DNA of 64,000 bases from Callorhinchus milii (lineage: Eukaryota): contig NW_024704742.1 in NCBI RefSeq assembly GCF_018977255.1, positions 98,148,001-98,212,000 of the forward strand, in the 5' to 3' direction. The translations under genes were made by a program, and so were the position numbers. The notes beneath the pieces were generated by a model, which was not told where the DNA came from, ran no database searches, and saw only the letters and a list, made by a program, of their open reading frames with translations. Below are positions 39,233 to 52,763 of this stretch, piece by piece (position 1 is the stretch's first letter; each line of letters begins with the position of its first letter).

Positions 39233-40494
39233 GTGATCTTGTGAACTTTGGTGAAGCTCAATATTATCACAATCTGTTTCCAATGAACTCATAATTGCAA
39301 CAAACAATTGTCGAAGAGATTTCGTTCAGCTGGAAAACAGAATGAGTATTTTGGTAGCATTTATCATATTTGACTTCTGTGTGTTTAGCAATTTTCCTGC
39401 AAACATCTTGAAAACTAATTTATAACAGGTTTATATTTTCCTTTGCATTTGACAAGTGATGATCTGTTACATGCTGACCCTGGCTATGATATGTGCAGTA
39501 CTCTATATCTGGCAGTGAAATAGCAATAATGCATATGTTTCAGCACTAGGGCAAGTGGCAGGGTTGTACCAACACTGAGAAAATATTTTTATGCAGTACC
39601 AATACTGCTATGGGTAGACTAATTCTGTATTTGGTATTAACCTTTCTGGATCTGAGTTATGAGATTCAAAAAAGGATTAGGGAATAGTGAATCCCAGATG
39701 TATCGCAGAAGGCACTCCGGAACTCCGCTTGGATACTGGCTTCATAGAAGTTGGAACTGAGATCAACAAGCATGCCGAATTCCAGACAATTGGATGTGAC
39801 ACATCTGAGATTTGTTATTTACTAAACCTTTTGCACACTGCAATGCAAAGACCTTTCGAGTTAAATAGATGAATATATGAACCGCAATCCTTGTGTCCTT
39901 TTGACATACATTCAAACTGCTGCAGGCACTTTGGCACCAGAGTACAGTGCAGGAGGAACTAAATGGCACACAATCTGCAGTCAAGCAGGACCATTCATCC
40001 CTCAATGAACAGCAGTTAAAGTTCCCTCAAAAAACGCTTCGAATTTGTTCACGGACCTCGCATGTGGGGAACAGGGATCCACACAATAAATTGGTTTGAA
40101 TTTTTCTGACAGCAGATGGAAATAATACCTTATGTCAGCGGGTAAGCCTCCCGCTGCACCAAGTTGTTTTGCACTCCACTTGGCTGTAAAGGAAATTGAA
40201 CAATTCCATGCAGAAGTGGAGAAATAACAACATCAATTGAATTTTAGTTTGTGGTCCTGATTTATTAGGTAGGGGTATACCTCACTGCCACTAATGGCCA
40301 GGGTCCTTTCGATATATGATCACACATGCTTCTAAGTACATACAGTTTTTATGTAATACTTCCAAAATCCTCCCTAACCCTTATACTGTATTAATGATGC
40401 AATAATGTTACTGTGATAACCACACCATGAAGTTGCAGAAATGCTTATTTATAATATTCTGAACATTGCAAATTCTCCACTGCACATCACTATA

Positions 40495-40955
40495 ATGATC
40501 CCTGCATTTGATATAGAGCCTTCACATGCCATTGAAATGTCTCTTATCACATCAGTGAAACATCTCAAAGTAGTTCAAAGGATTTACAATGAAGCGTTGT
40601 GACTGTGTATTTGCAGGCGAACCTGGCAGCCAATTTCTGAACAAAAACAACATCTCACAAATAGCCATGAAGTGAATAACCAATTTCTATCTGAGGCATT
40701 GTTGGCTAGGACAGTGAGAGAAACTTCCTTCTTTTTTTGAGTAGTGTTGTGGGAACTTTAATATCCACCTGAATAGGCAGACGTAATCTCAGTTTAATAT
40801 CTCATTCCATGGATGGCACCTCCAAAAAATGCAGTGCTTCTCCAGCACTACATTCGAGTGCCAGCCTAGACTATGAGCTCAAAGTCCCAACTTAGGGCTT
40901 GAACCCACAACCTTCTGTCTCATATGTGAGAGTGCAACCAACTGAGCCTGGCCAA
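40495..40955 (-). mobile_element. DeuSINE-like element
   Basis: Reverse complement gives ggctcagttggttgcactctc...gggttcaagccc head, ggaggtgccatcc core and tail. Confidence 0.8.
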
Positions 40956-43900
40956 TACTACATTAAATCAGAAACTGAAAACTTCTTCATCTAAACATAC
41001 GGCAGTCCACATGTTACCACATAGGAGTTCAGAACACATTGGATTTAATTTTTAACAAAGCATTAACCTCTGGAAAGATGAGAGATCAAAGAAAGTAATA
41101 AAAGAAAATGATTCTAGGGCAGTCATTTAACTGGGCCTCCTATTATTTCTGAATTTTATTATATGCATATTTCCATAATAAAAATTGTTGTTATTATATT
41201 TTACATGCTTATATTCAAAATTATACTATAGACATAGAAATCTTTTATTACTATTGCATACCAATTATACAAATTTTACACATGGTTTACTCACAGTGCA
41301 TAATAGAAATGAATATAATGTGTTGTTAGACCTTTGTTCTGTGAAAAACCTATCATAATATCATGACATGACGGCTCACAAAGATGGTAAGTTTTGCATT
41401 ACTTTTAATGTTATTGGGATGCAGTCCTGTGCAAACAACAACAGAAACACACAGTTATATAGTGCCCTTGATGTAGGATAAGTGCAAGGGTAACATCTCG
41501 GAGAACATCAAGGATGGAAAATAAGATGTACACATCCAAGTATAGCACCAACTTACATTTATACAGCACCCTTCATATGGAGTAGCATCTCGGAGTGCTG
41601 AAGAACCACAACAAACATATTCCAATATGTCAAACCCCTCCGTGTTATTCATTTCTCTCAATGCTGTGGTGAGACAAAATCAAATGGGGTTGGCCAGATT
41701 AACTGCAATGATTTTTTTTCTCTCCAATCCTGCACACTACTGTGTTAAACTTGCGCCTTTTAATAAGCTAACAGGTAACAATGCTGACCTGGAGATATGC
41801 ACTAATTTTTCAACAATGACGGAGTTTTGGATGAATTCTCTTTTGATGTAGCATTAAACCATTAAAATAGAGAACCTGACCCTGAATATTGCTCTGGCAT
41901 CATTCACATCATAACCTGCATCAAAGATAAAATGTCTCCTGAAAAGGTATTTGACAAAGCATATGTTACATTTGTTTGAGAAAAAGATGAAACAGTCATC
42001 AATTCATTTTGTGATGGCATTTCATGCAGACAATGACAGGGTGGGGATTGTGTGGTGATTTATACGCCGAGATGCTACCCTGTGTGGAGGGCGCTATATA
42101 AATGCAAGTTGTTGTTGGTGTTTAAATCCCACCTTAAGACCTACCTCTTCGACTGCACCTATGGTAAACTCTCTCTCCCGCTTCTCCCTTGCTCGGTATC
42201 CAACCCCGTTGCTGGGCAGCTCTCTGAGATGCTATGCTGCATGAAGATCACTAAATAAATGCAAGTTGTTGTCGAAGGACACATCATCCTGACTTGAACA
42301 TATATCTGTGCTCCTCCATTGTTGCCGGGTGAAAATCTTGTGAACAATATTGAGGGAGCACCACCGCCACAAGGGCCACAATGATTTAAACAGATCCATC
42401 TTTTCAGAGCAACTAGGGATGGACAACAAATGATGACTCTCAGTGTGGCCCACACTCTTTGAGGTTAAAAGTGTTCTGAGATGCTGCCTCGCGTGAAAGG
42501 CGCAATATAAATGGGAGCTGTTGTTGTTAAAAAGAGACCATTCTCAAAAGTGATCAACAGTGCATTTGGGAAACAAATGAAGTGCTTGAATGGAGGAAAA
42601 CAGAAGGAATAGTTTCACCAGACAATGGCTACCCTTGGGCTTTTAATAGCTGTTTAAAGAAAAGGTCTTGTGTCAGCTACTGCTTCTTTTCCCAAGTTGT
42701 TTTCTATGAAAAAACTGAAATTAAATATTTGCTATACTTAAGCCCAGTTCTAATGCTGGCGCCAGGAAGCAAACAGTCTCTGTTAATCAGCACAAACAAT
42801 AAAGGTTTCTTTTTTTTCTTAACCCATGTTCTGTTGGTTCCTTAGCCGATAGCGTTTCAAAACTGTTGTTAAATTGTCAATTGTTAGACCTCACAAAGTG
42901 CATGAAATATCGCTGCCAAGAACAAATCCAACTTCTCTGAAACATTTTAGTCCTGAGGGGTCTAAGGATCCGTATGACTAAATAGCCCAGTAAAAATATT
43001 AATAATACACACATGTATAATGCTACAAGTAAAACTCAGAAGGTATTCAAGCAAGACGTTCTTACATGTCCTTTCAAACTTGACACATGTATTACCGTAC
43101 ATGTTAGTGCTTAACACAAGCACGGATCCTCAATGCCCCTCCCCCATGCTTATCTCATTATAAGTCTCTCAACAGGGACACTGTCTCCATGATTTGCACA
43201 CTGGTGTTGGGAGTTTTCATGGTTTATCCTGTTCTCGGTTTTGCTACATTCACTGTTGCACATGCACACCTCATTATAATACTCCCAAAATGCCTTCACT
43301 TTCAGCAACTGTGTTAAGCACTCTCATTCCTTGAGATGGCGTGAAACAAATTCAACCCTTGCCAGGAGGCTTTTACTACTTAAAAAATGAGCTAAAGTAC
43401 AATTGTCTTTGTTGCAAATATTAAATACAGTTTAAATCACCCAACAACTATAAACCCTGCAACATTCTGTGCTCTCAATGCTGAACGGTGCATGCAAGAT
43501 CCTTGCCTACCTTTTAAAAACAATAGTAACAAAAGCCACAAAATTGCTTTCTCAGTTCACTACTTTAAATCTTGAGCTGTGGTAGATACTGTACAAAGGT
43601 CCCCTGCATGCCCATGGAATGCGAAACAGGAGATTTTCCCAGTCATATGCTATGCAAACCAATCTCTGCCAAAAAATGACTGGAACTGACACAGGCCAGA
43701 GTAAACAATCCTCCAGATCTGCTTTCAGGGTTATGTAAGAGCCAGAGACCATTCTCACCGTACTCTTCAGCTCGGAAGAGACCAGAGGGCCTCTCAGTTG
43801 TGTTAATAAATTAGTGGCCCAATCTTAATGCTTTGAATTCTGTCTTGAAACTTAACTGAATATTTTGGTCACTGTTCCTAGATATTTTCCTGAATACTAA

Positions 43901-43984
43901 CCACGCACACCTTCTCAAGGACTTGTCCTGTACCCGTCAAAAAAACAACTTGCATTTATATAGTGACCTTCAAGTGGGGTGGTG

Positions 43985-44270
43985 TCTCATAGAATGTACA
44001 TTTTTGTAGTGCTTTAACACGTCAAAATGTTTCAAAATGCCTCTTAAGTAATTACTAAATGTAGCGACTGTTTTTGTAGCAAGAACAGCAGCTATTTGCC
44101 CCAATAAGGTTCCACACACAACTCATTAAGTAAATTGCCATTTTTATCTGGGGAATTGCTGGCCAGCACTCCGGAGAAAACCTTCTTCTCTTCTCAGTGC
44201 CTCATGGGATTTTTAACGCACAACTGAACAAGCAGATGGGATGTCTAATCTGAAAGACAGTTCTATGCTG
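43985..44270 (-). mobile_element. Degraded DeuSINE-like fragment
   Basis: agtgcctcatgggatttttaacgcacaactgaacaagcagatggg is the reverse complement of the Deu-like core. Confidence 0.6.
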
Positions 44271-44426
44271 AAGTACTGCTTAAATTTTCTAATTTGAAAT
44301 CATAACAACTATGAAAAAGTGAATTTTCCTGAGGTTTGTAATGTGGTACCACCAAAACAAATAAAGTGCAGACTAATTTGCATGTTCAAAAGTAATGTCT
44401 CCCACAGACTACAGATTACATTATAC

Positions 44427-45390
44427 ATTTATGGTACTGAACTTTTATAACTGTACTGAGAATTTAGAGAAGAGCTTTTTATCCACTTATATTCATTAAT
44501 TTCTCTAATTGACACAATTCCTAACTTACCTGTGAATCATTTTGAGATATTTTGTGATAAAATAATAATAATAATCCTTGCATTTGATATAGCGCTTTTC
44601 ACGTCTTCTGGGCGTCTCAAAGCGTTTCACAGAATATGCCGTAAAGTGAATTGACTGTATATTTGTGAGCGAAATGCGACAGCCAATTGCGCACAGCAGT
44701 GTCCCACAAACAATCGTGGATTGAAAATGACCAATTTATTATTATTTTTGTTTTTTGGAGGGATTATTATTTGGCTTGTGGAGTAAGGAACTTTTCCCCA
44801 AGGTTTCGCCCTGCCTGGAATTGAACCCAGCTCTCTCGCTTTCAGGATGAGTGCTCTAACTGCTGAGCTACAGGACTCCTGATAATGTGATAAGGTGGTA
44901 ATTTTTTTTCATTCCTTACCTTGATGTTACATATATTTATACAAGACAGCATAGATATAAAAGTGAAAGTGGGATGTTTCTCTGACATGAAAGGCATGAC
45001 ATTGCAGGAATGGTTTTACTTTTACCAATAGAAGACTATGGATATTGTTCACTGAGTGCTTCTCAAAACCATTCCTGCAATATAACTACATATTATATCG
45101 TTTACGATATAAATTCAACAACAATAAATTACATTTATATAGTGCCTTTCATGTCAGAAAAACATCCCACTTTTACATCTATGCTGTCTTGTATAAATAT
45201 ATGTAACATTAAGGTAAGGAATGAAAGAAAAATATTACTTGCATTATCACATTATCTTATCACAAAGTATCTCAAAATGATTCACAGCTAAGTTAGGAAT
45301 TGTGTCAATTAGAGAGATTAACAAATATAAGTGGATAAAAAGCTCTTCTCTAAATTCTCAGTACAGTTATAAAAGTTCAATACTATAAAT
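44427..45390. repeat. Long inverted repeat: left arm 44427-44560 plus 44880-44996, right arm 45143-45390, inner 17-bp inverted repeat 45001-45017 / 45065-45081
   Basis: The reverse complement of the right arm aligns along its whole ~248 bp with the left arm once the SINE at 44561-44879 is removed. Confidence 0.93.
44561..44879 (-). mobile_element. Young tRNA-derived SINE, short form, full length
   Basis: Full reverse-complement copy from (TAA)n to GGACTCC. Confidence 0.92.
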
Positions 45391-45879
45391 TCTCTCCTTA
45401 ATATCCGCACACCCCCAACACACACACATAGGGTCAGTAACTCACTCCCAATACCCACATGGATGTAGCATCAACCTTTTCCTCAAAACCAATATGTGTA
45501 CCAACAATCGTTTGATCAAAAATGATCATTGTAACGTCTAACATATAGCAATCACTAAGAGTTGGGAAGTTTGCTTTATGTATTTGCCCATCTGGTTTCT
45601 ATCAATTCCTCAAAAAAAATCAATTTATTTCATGTCTGTCGCAAGTCTAACTAACAGCTACCTTCAATGGCTGAATCTTTCATCCTTTTACTTCTATCAA
45701 CATTCTGGCTTCAATCTGATCTCATATAGAATTCTCACATCTCTTTCGCTAAAGTAAACTCCAAGGAGCAGATTTCCTTCTCTTGCCAACGTCTTATTTT
45801 CCTCTCAACAACTTATAGCCCTGTAAAAAAAAAGTTCTTTTAGAATCTCTCTTACACTCCTGGATGAGGAACGATTTTG

Positions 45880-46310
45880 CCATCCAATACGTAATACATG
45901 GTTTGTAATAGAATCCTTGACTTCATTTCCAGAAGAATAGAGTATAAAAGTAGGTAAGAAATTTTACATTTATATAAAACATTAGTCAGACCACATTTGG
46001 AGTATTGTGTGCGGTTTGGATGCCATCTTACAGGTAGGTTGTCATATTGTAGCATTGAAAAGGGCACATTGTAAATTTTCAATGATGTTACCGGGTGTGA
46101 CTGGATACAACTAGATTGGATAGGTTGGAGCACTAATCTCGAGAGATGAGGTGATTGAGAGAGAACCTGATAGAAGATTATGAAAGGTTTTGATAAGGTA
46201 GATGTTGATAGGCTGCTTCCACTTGTTAGGGAGTCCAAAATGAAGGAGCATAAATATATGAAATCGAGTTGCAGATCTAAAAGGGAGTTTAGGAGGAACA
46301 TTCATACACA
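45880..46310 (+). mobile_element. CR1 ORF2 C-terminal remnant
   Basis: tatataaaacattagtcagaccacatttggagtattgtgtgcggtttgg encodes LYKTLVRPHLEYCVRF. Confidence 0.85.
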
Positions 46311-46895
46311 CTACAGCAGAGTCAGGGTATTCTAAAACTCACAATATTCTCTTCTAGTCTAACTCATTCTGTGGCAGCCTTGATACCTCCCTTCACACAG
46401 ATCATCCACAGGCTTTTAAAACCCAAGCTCGGTGTCCCCTAACCACCTCTTGATGTTGCTTCTTGTTTGTTCTTTCCAACCTTGATGAACTGAGCTAGGA
46501 GCCATAGCCATTCATCTATAAGAAAAAGCACATACCCAAAGCGACCACAGATAATTAAGTTATAAGAGTTTCATTACTAGCTCTTAACCACAGATCTCTC
46601 TCTTCCACATTCTATTCCAGTACAAAAATCGTATGTATACTGTTATCACCAATATTATATATATATAGAGAGAGAACCAGCATCATTCACTCTAGCTACA
46701 ATACACATTGTATATATTGTATTCATTTGACAGCACAATTCCACATGTAGTATCTAACAATGCACATAGCACACAGATGGCATCTCATTAACTGGTAGAT
46801 CATCATCTCCTTTAGGGGCTCAACATTTTTCATGTTATTAGGTTTGAGATCACAATCTTAAAATGTAAGAAAGGTAGAAAACTTGGAAAATACGT

Positions 46896-47230
46896 GGGTA
46901 GAAACTCCAAGTGGGATCTGGATTTTACGGGATTTTAGGATGTCCAGAATTTAGCAAGTCACTGAATCCAGTCTTAACTTTGAATTTGTTTTGTGTAGTT
47001 TCCTCACAAATTTAGAGAAAAACAGTTTCAATATAAAGGCTGTATTTAAGAATTTACCAAATTCTGGGTGCTCTGAACCGCTGCGTAATAGAGTAAATAT
47101 AGACCCAGTTGGAACTTCTCTCCAAAGTAGTTTTAAATTTAGTCTTAATTTGGATGCTGATTTTCTGCAATTTAAGACTGAATTTAAGAATGTTTTTGCC
47201 AGAATTATTCACACTGGTCTTAAAAATACA
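46896..47230. mobile_element. Palindromic MITE-like family copy or copies
   Basis: agaaactccaagtgggatct pairs with agacccagttggaacttct (47101-47119); contains taatagagtaaat and tatttaagaatt motifs shared with other copies. Confidence 0.55.
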
Positions 47231-50200
47231 ATCAAGAGAAATCTGAATCCCTAAATGTTAGAATCAATTGTAATTGGTTATCCCTGTACACAGATTCACC
47301 AGCTACCCTTGAAAGTGACAATAAGTGATATTTTGGAGCATTGATCACGTATATAATCCTAGCTGTATCTGGTGCTTGTTTTCTAGATATCTTACTTATC
47401 TTTTGTGAAATCACAGCATTTCATATTCTTGTGAAATTCATTAATATTCATTAAGGTATTACCCAGAATTTTTCTCATTAAATTCAGTAATAACAGACCC
47501 TTGGGGTGGGGTAAAATGTTAATTTCTCAATCATCGACCCTATTCCTGTGAGTATGTTTGGTTTCTGCCTGATCATACTGCCCTTGGAGAAAAACAAAGC
47601 ACATTTTTGATTCCTCCCCCTTAACTTTACCATAAATTGACTTCTCAAGGACTATAAAAAGTAAAATACATTTTCATCTCACAAAGCATTATAGCAGTCA
47701 TTTCGTGATGCAGTCTAGAAGAAAACTAAAACTATGTGAGTAAAGTAATGGCAGCAAATATACAAATGCACATTACTGGTGAATAATTAATTATGGTAAG
47801 CTTTATCCAGTGGTTAGCATGAAAGTGTAAGAAGCACATGTACCAATCCCAAATGGTGGGAGACTCTTTCTTTCCTGAAACCACAGGTTTATTGATGCAC
47901 TTTTCTCCCCATTGATAAAATGCATTGGATTTTAATACCGTTAAACATTTCAAAAGGCATAACTTACAACTAGTTTTTCTTTTAGCCTTAACTAAAACTC
48001 TATCAATAAAATTGTGACTTAAAAGGAAAATATCCATTTGCTGGATTTTCCTCTTTGAAAATGTTGCCATTTTTAATTGATTCCAATGGATGGAAAAGAT
48101 TATGATAACTAGAAAATCATTCAATTTGAGTGGACAAAGGGCAGGAAATAAAAACATTTAACCCATCACTAACAGGAGGATGACATCAAGTGATTACAGC
48201 ATATATAAAATTGACCCTTAAGCCTCAATATATTGTGTGTCTCAACAGCAGCAGTTTATGCAAATACTATTTGATTGTGTTAGTTGCACTTTATATCATA
48301 AGAGGAAAAAAAGCCTCATTAGCAGAAGCAGCACTCATCAGGCAGGGTCACTGTACTTGGTTAACAACAGGCAAATGAAACTCAGGACTATTGCTTTTTA
48401 TTTAAAGTGTTTATATCATTGGCAATTACTATGCACAAAAAGTGCATGCTTAGCTAGTGCCTCATAGGGCAGTCCACAAATGGAGGTGCCATACAAATTA
48501 TCGCTTTTGTATAAGTCACTATTTACTTATTTATTTAGTCCTGTGCCAGGTCTCCTTGAGCACATATTATAATAGTACTGATCTGTTATCATTTATGCTA
48601 TTACTAATAATCTATTACTATTTATCCCATAACATTTGCTCAATGAGACCCCTACACAGAATGTTTACAACAGAGGGTGGTTATAGTAAGGAATTCCCTG
48701 TCACAAACCATAGTTAAAGCAGAGTCTATCAATTATTTTGAAAGTCACACAGATGGCTGAAGAGAAGGAATAATACAGGTTATGGGGCGCGAGCAACAAC
48801 ATTGATGGGCTGTGTGACAATTTACAACAACAACAAAATTACATTTATATAGTGCCTTTCACATCGAGAGGATGTCCCAATGCACTGGACAATCAGTGTT
48901 TTGTCCACATAATCGATGATCTGAAATGCTGTGTAAAAAAACAAGTTGACTCTTATATTCACAAAACAACTACTTGCATTTATATAGTGCCTCTCATGCA
49001 GGCTAGTGTCCCAAAGGGCTTTCATCATGGACGCTTACACTAAGGCAACACACATGAGCTTACACTGTGCATATCTAGTCTGTAATAATCCAGTTCCCAG
49101 ACATTCCTAAATTGGTCTACCCAATTATGGCCTCAACCATTCTCTAAGAAGAAATCTCTTGCAGCTCTTCTAATTTTCTCTTTCCAATTTTCCTCCTTCC
49201 TGAAGGTCTCCTTTGTACCTCTGCTGAGATTTGTTCCCTCCCATACCTCACACTAAATCTGTTATTCATCAGTGAGCCTTGCAAGTGAGTGTTGCCAAAA
49301 TATTCAACCGGTGGGGGGATCATGGCCCAATCTCTTCTCATCAAAAGCCCACACACCGGCACGTTCCAGCAGGGGTGTCTGAATAGAGTAGGATACCCTG
49401 AATGGTTTTCCCCTTGCCAGCCTCAGGTTGCAGAGGCAAACTACTACTGAAACTGTTCCCCCGGCTGCGACTTTCTATGCCCTATAATACAAGTGTGTTT
49501 ACTCACCAGGTCACCTTTAGCAAAATGATTTAAGTTTATTTATTGAGCCCCAAAAGTTTCATAGACTGTGAAAGAACTTCATTTCTTCAATATTACATTG
49601 AGTATTTGGGCATCAAAGTAAACTAAAAGTGTAACCTATGCACAATTTTAATGTAATTAAATACCTCGTCACTAGCATTCTACGATTCTCTTCATTGTAC
49701 ATTTTTCTATTCCAAAGTAGNTTTTTCTGGGTGGTCACTTTCACTGATGTTATATGATGGACAGTTGTCATATAGGGAACACATTATGAAATGCTGCAAA
49801 TATCACCCCATGCTTTTGCTTTACAGGCGAAGAGGAAAGGTATATATGGAAGATTTTTTCCTATACACGTCCAAAATCCACACCACTTATAGGTCAGGAG
49901 AACATAATATGAATAGTTTTAATGCGGCCACCAGTGAAGTCTAGCCTCAGTCTCACAGGGCACCTCTACTGATGCAGTGTGACATTTTAATTTTGTATAT
50001 CACAAGAACTTAAAGTAAGAGTAAGAAAAGGCCACCACATTCTCCCTGTCATTTACGTCAATCTACAGGACCCACAGGACCTATTCAGAGCCTTTCAATT
50101 TCCTTCCTGTTTTTACACCAAGCTTGTATCCCTCTATTCCCTATTGAATAAAGAATCTGTCCATTTCAGACCATTTTCTTGTTTGAATCTTTAATGGTTT

Positions 50201-50789
50201 AACCAATTCATTTCACGATTTTAAGAGTATGCAGTGTTTTAGACTCCTGTATTGACCTCTGTTCAAATCTGATTGATATCAGATCCAGCATTATCCATCA
50301 CTATTTTCTCGAAACCTTTCCAATACTTGTGTGTATTTTCATAAGTACATTATCTAGCACTGGGTACAATACTCCCCGAGTATGGTTCCAACAAGACTAT
50401 GGTATTAGTGTTATCCCCTTTGAATTAAATAAAAGGGGATTAAATTCCAATGGTTTGTAAAGTTATTAACCTCAGTGACGTGCACTTACATAATGGGGAA
50501 TTTCTGACTTTATACTGACCAGCAGAAAAGTGTGCCTTTGGGATCTACTTATGCAGTCTATTTGCTTTGGCAACAGCTGCTATACAATGCAAGATTTCAA
50601 CAAATGTTTGGTCCAATTGTATACACAGATTATTTTCCTGTTGTGCATTATTTCATTACAGATTCTGCAACACAAACTTATTCTCTTTACTTTTAGCATG
50701 GATTTTCTTGCATTTCTATTTCTCAATGATAAATACCATTATCCATTCTTCTTCTGGGTTGTTGGGTTGCTGTAAAGCTGTTTAAACAA

Positions 50790-51300
50790 TGTCAGTCTTC
50801 TCTGAAACTCAACTTTTGAACACAGCTTCATTTCATTCGCAAACTTAGACATTCGACCTGCAATAATATTAGGAACAGCGTAAATCCAAGAACTAATCCC
50901 TGGAAGGCTTTGCTGGTCAAACCAGTCCAATTAGACCCTCTGGTGAGGTATTCTGCTGGTCAGTAAATTTACTGACCTTGGCAGAGTGTGCTTATAATGG
51001 GAAAATCCCATTTGTACGACACACTGCCAAGGTCGGTAAATATACTGAGCAGGGGAAATAAACCGCTCTGTTTCCTATCATATATCCAACTAATACAATT
51101 TACCGTTTCATATTAGATCCATGAAGCATTCACATTAGTCACATGTCTTTTGTGAGGGATTTTCCAAAAGCTTTCTGAATGTCAAAATATATAATTTCCA
51201 CAATCATACATTTTATCCATCAACCTTTTAGATTCCCAAAGAATTCCATTCAATTCGTTAGGGATAACTTACCCTTCAGAAGCCCTTCTTGATTAGGTTT
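50790..51300 (-). mobile_element. Ancient CR1 reverse-transcriptase remnant, interrupted by a hairpin insertion
   Basis: Degenerate motifs in the correct order on the minus strand: G..KGK..LTN..EFF (~51290-51235), YFDIQKAF (~51190-51165), SWI..RKQ (~51090-51065), QG.VLG-like (~50905-50885), MSKFANEMKL (~50853-50824). Confidence 0.75.
50960..51048. repeat. ~43-bp-stem hairpin, probable MITE
   Basis: tcagtaaatttactgaccttggcagagtgt..taatggga pairs with tcccatt..acacactgccaaggtcggtaaatatactga. Confidence 0.85.
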
Positions 51301-52763
51301 ATTGCTTTTCCTCTCACTTAAGTCCTTTTGTAATAAGCATCAATATATTTTCTGCTCCGGAGTTTAAGACTGCTGATTAATGCAACGTTAGATGCACTTC
51401 AATGCTGTGATGTGCCATTCAATAGCTGAGACTAGCAAAATTCACGGAAGTCCTTTATAACTGGGGATGGTGGTGTTGGGGTTGTGGTAGAAGTAAATTA
51501 ATATCAGAATGACCTCTATTTGAACTAGCCCAGAGGTAAAAAATATGACATTCCGCTTCTGTCTATTTCTTCCCAAATGCCTTTGTTTGATGAAAACTAA
51601 GGGCTATTTTCTCCTTGCCATAACTTTATGGACGTAAATCCATTGTAACTACACACAAGATTTCATCACAAATATACCAATAAGATTACGAGAATCAACA
51701 ACTAATATTTTAGGACTGTCACATACACTGCATTTAATGTGGATTTTACTCAGATTTCACTCACTCAGTTAAAGCTCTCCTTTAGGAATTCCCATAAATT
51801 AATTACTCATCCAGAGTGTATGATTTCTCTGCCTTTGCATTTTTTTGTGGTGAAACTACATTCAAATCCTCATGCCTGGCATTTTTCTGTATGTATTCAA
51901 AGTCTTCTGAATACACTACTTAATATTCCTGATTTTTAGCTAATATTAAACATTCACTAGTCATAAGTTATGATATAAACGCTATAGTTTCTCAATGTAA
52001 ACAATCAAGACTTCCTTCCCATAAAAAATAGGCATTCTACTAGAAATCCCAGCAGTCCTACCCATGTTAAGTGCAGCAATATACTTTCATAACATGGTAA
52101 ACAATTTTATTGTGGTAATGGTCCATATTTACAAACTTCTTATAAAAACGTTTTGAAATTCTTGTCTGCTTCAAGGAAACAGAGGGTCAGTTCCCTGACA
52201 GTTTATGTTTTACACCAGACAAAGTAACACAATTAACAGCGGATGACATTTTGTTCCAAGATAGGTCGTGTGCAGGGAATTTAAATTTTTACTCTTAATG
52301 TGATTTTTGACCTCCTGGTGCTTTATATGCATTCTAATACATATTAAGCTGGAATTCTTNAAAAAAACACAGACTAACTAATACATTTAAAGAATTAGAG
52401 TGTCTTTTCAACTTGTTTCATCTCACATAACTGCACAACAAACAAAACTGTTATGTAGTGCTTGCCTGCGTAACTAGGTTATTTGTTAAATGAAAGTTCA
52501 TTATTTATTTCCAGATAATTACCTTGTTTTTAATTGCTTTATTACTTTATATTCAGGTGAATTCAAAGGGGCCACCCTGCTTTCCCTGTTTCAAAGAAAC
52601 ACAGAATTTGTTCCTCTGAATTATTCCCTCTTTGTCAAAATTTATCCCCAAATTCAAATTGATTGGCTCTTCATCTCATTGTTCTTTCTAGAATATTGAT
52701 GGCGTAGATTAGCTGTTATATTTTCCCATATCATATTCCCTTCATTTCAAACCAATTTTATTT

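Noticed and set aside
28103..52360. Single N bases at 28103, 49721 and 52360
   Set aside because: All abut homopolymer runs; sequencing or assembly ambiguity, not biology.
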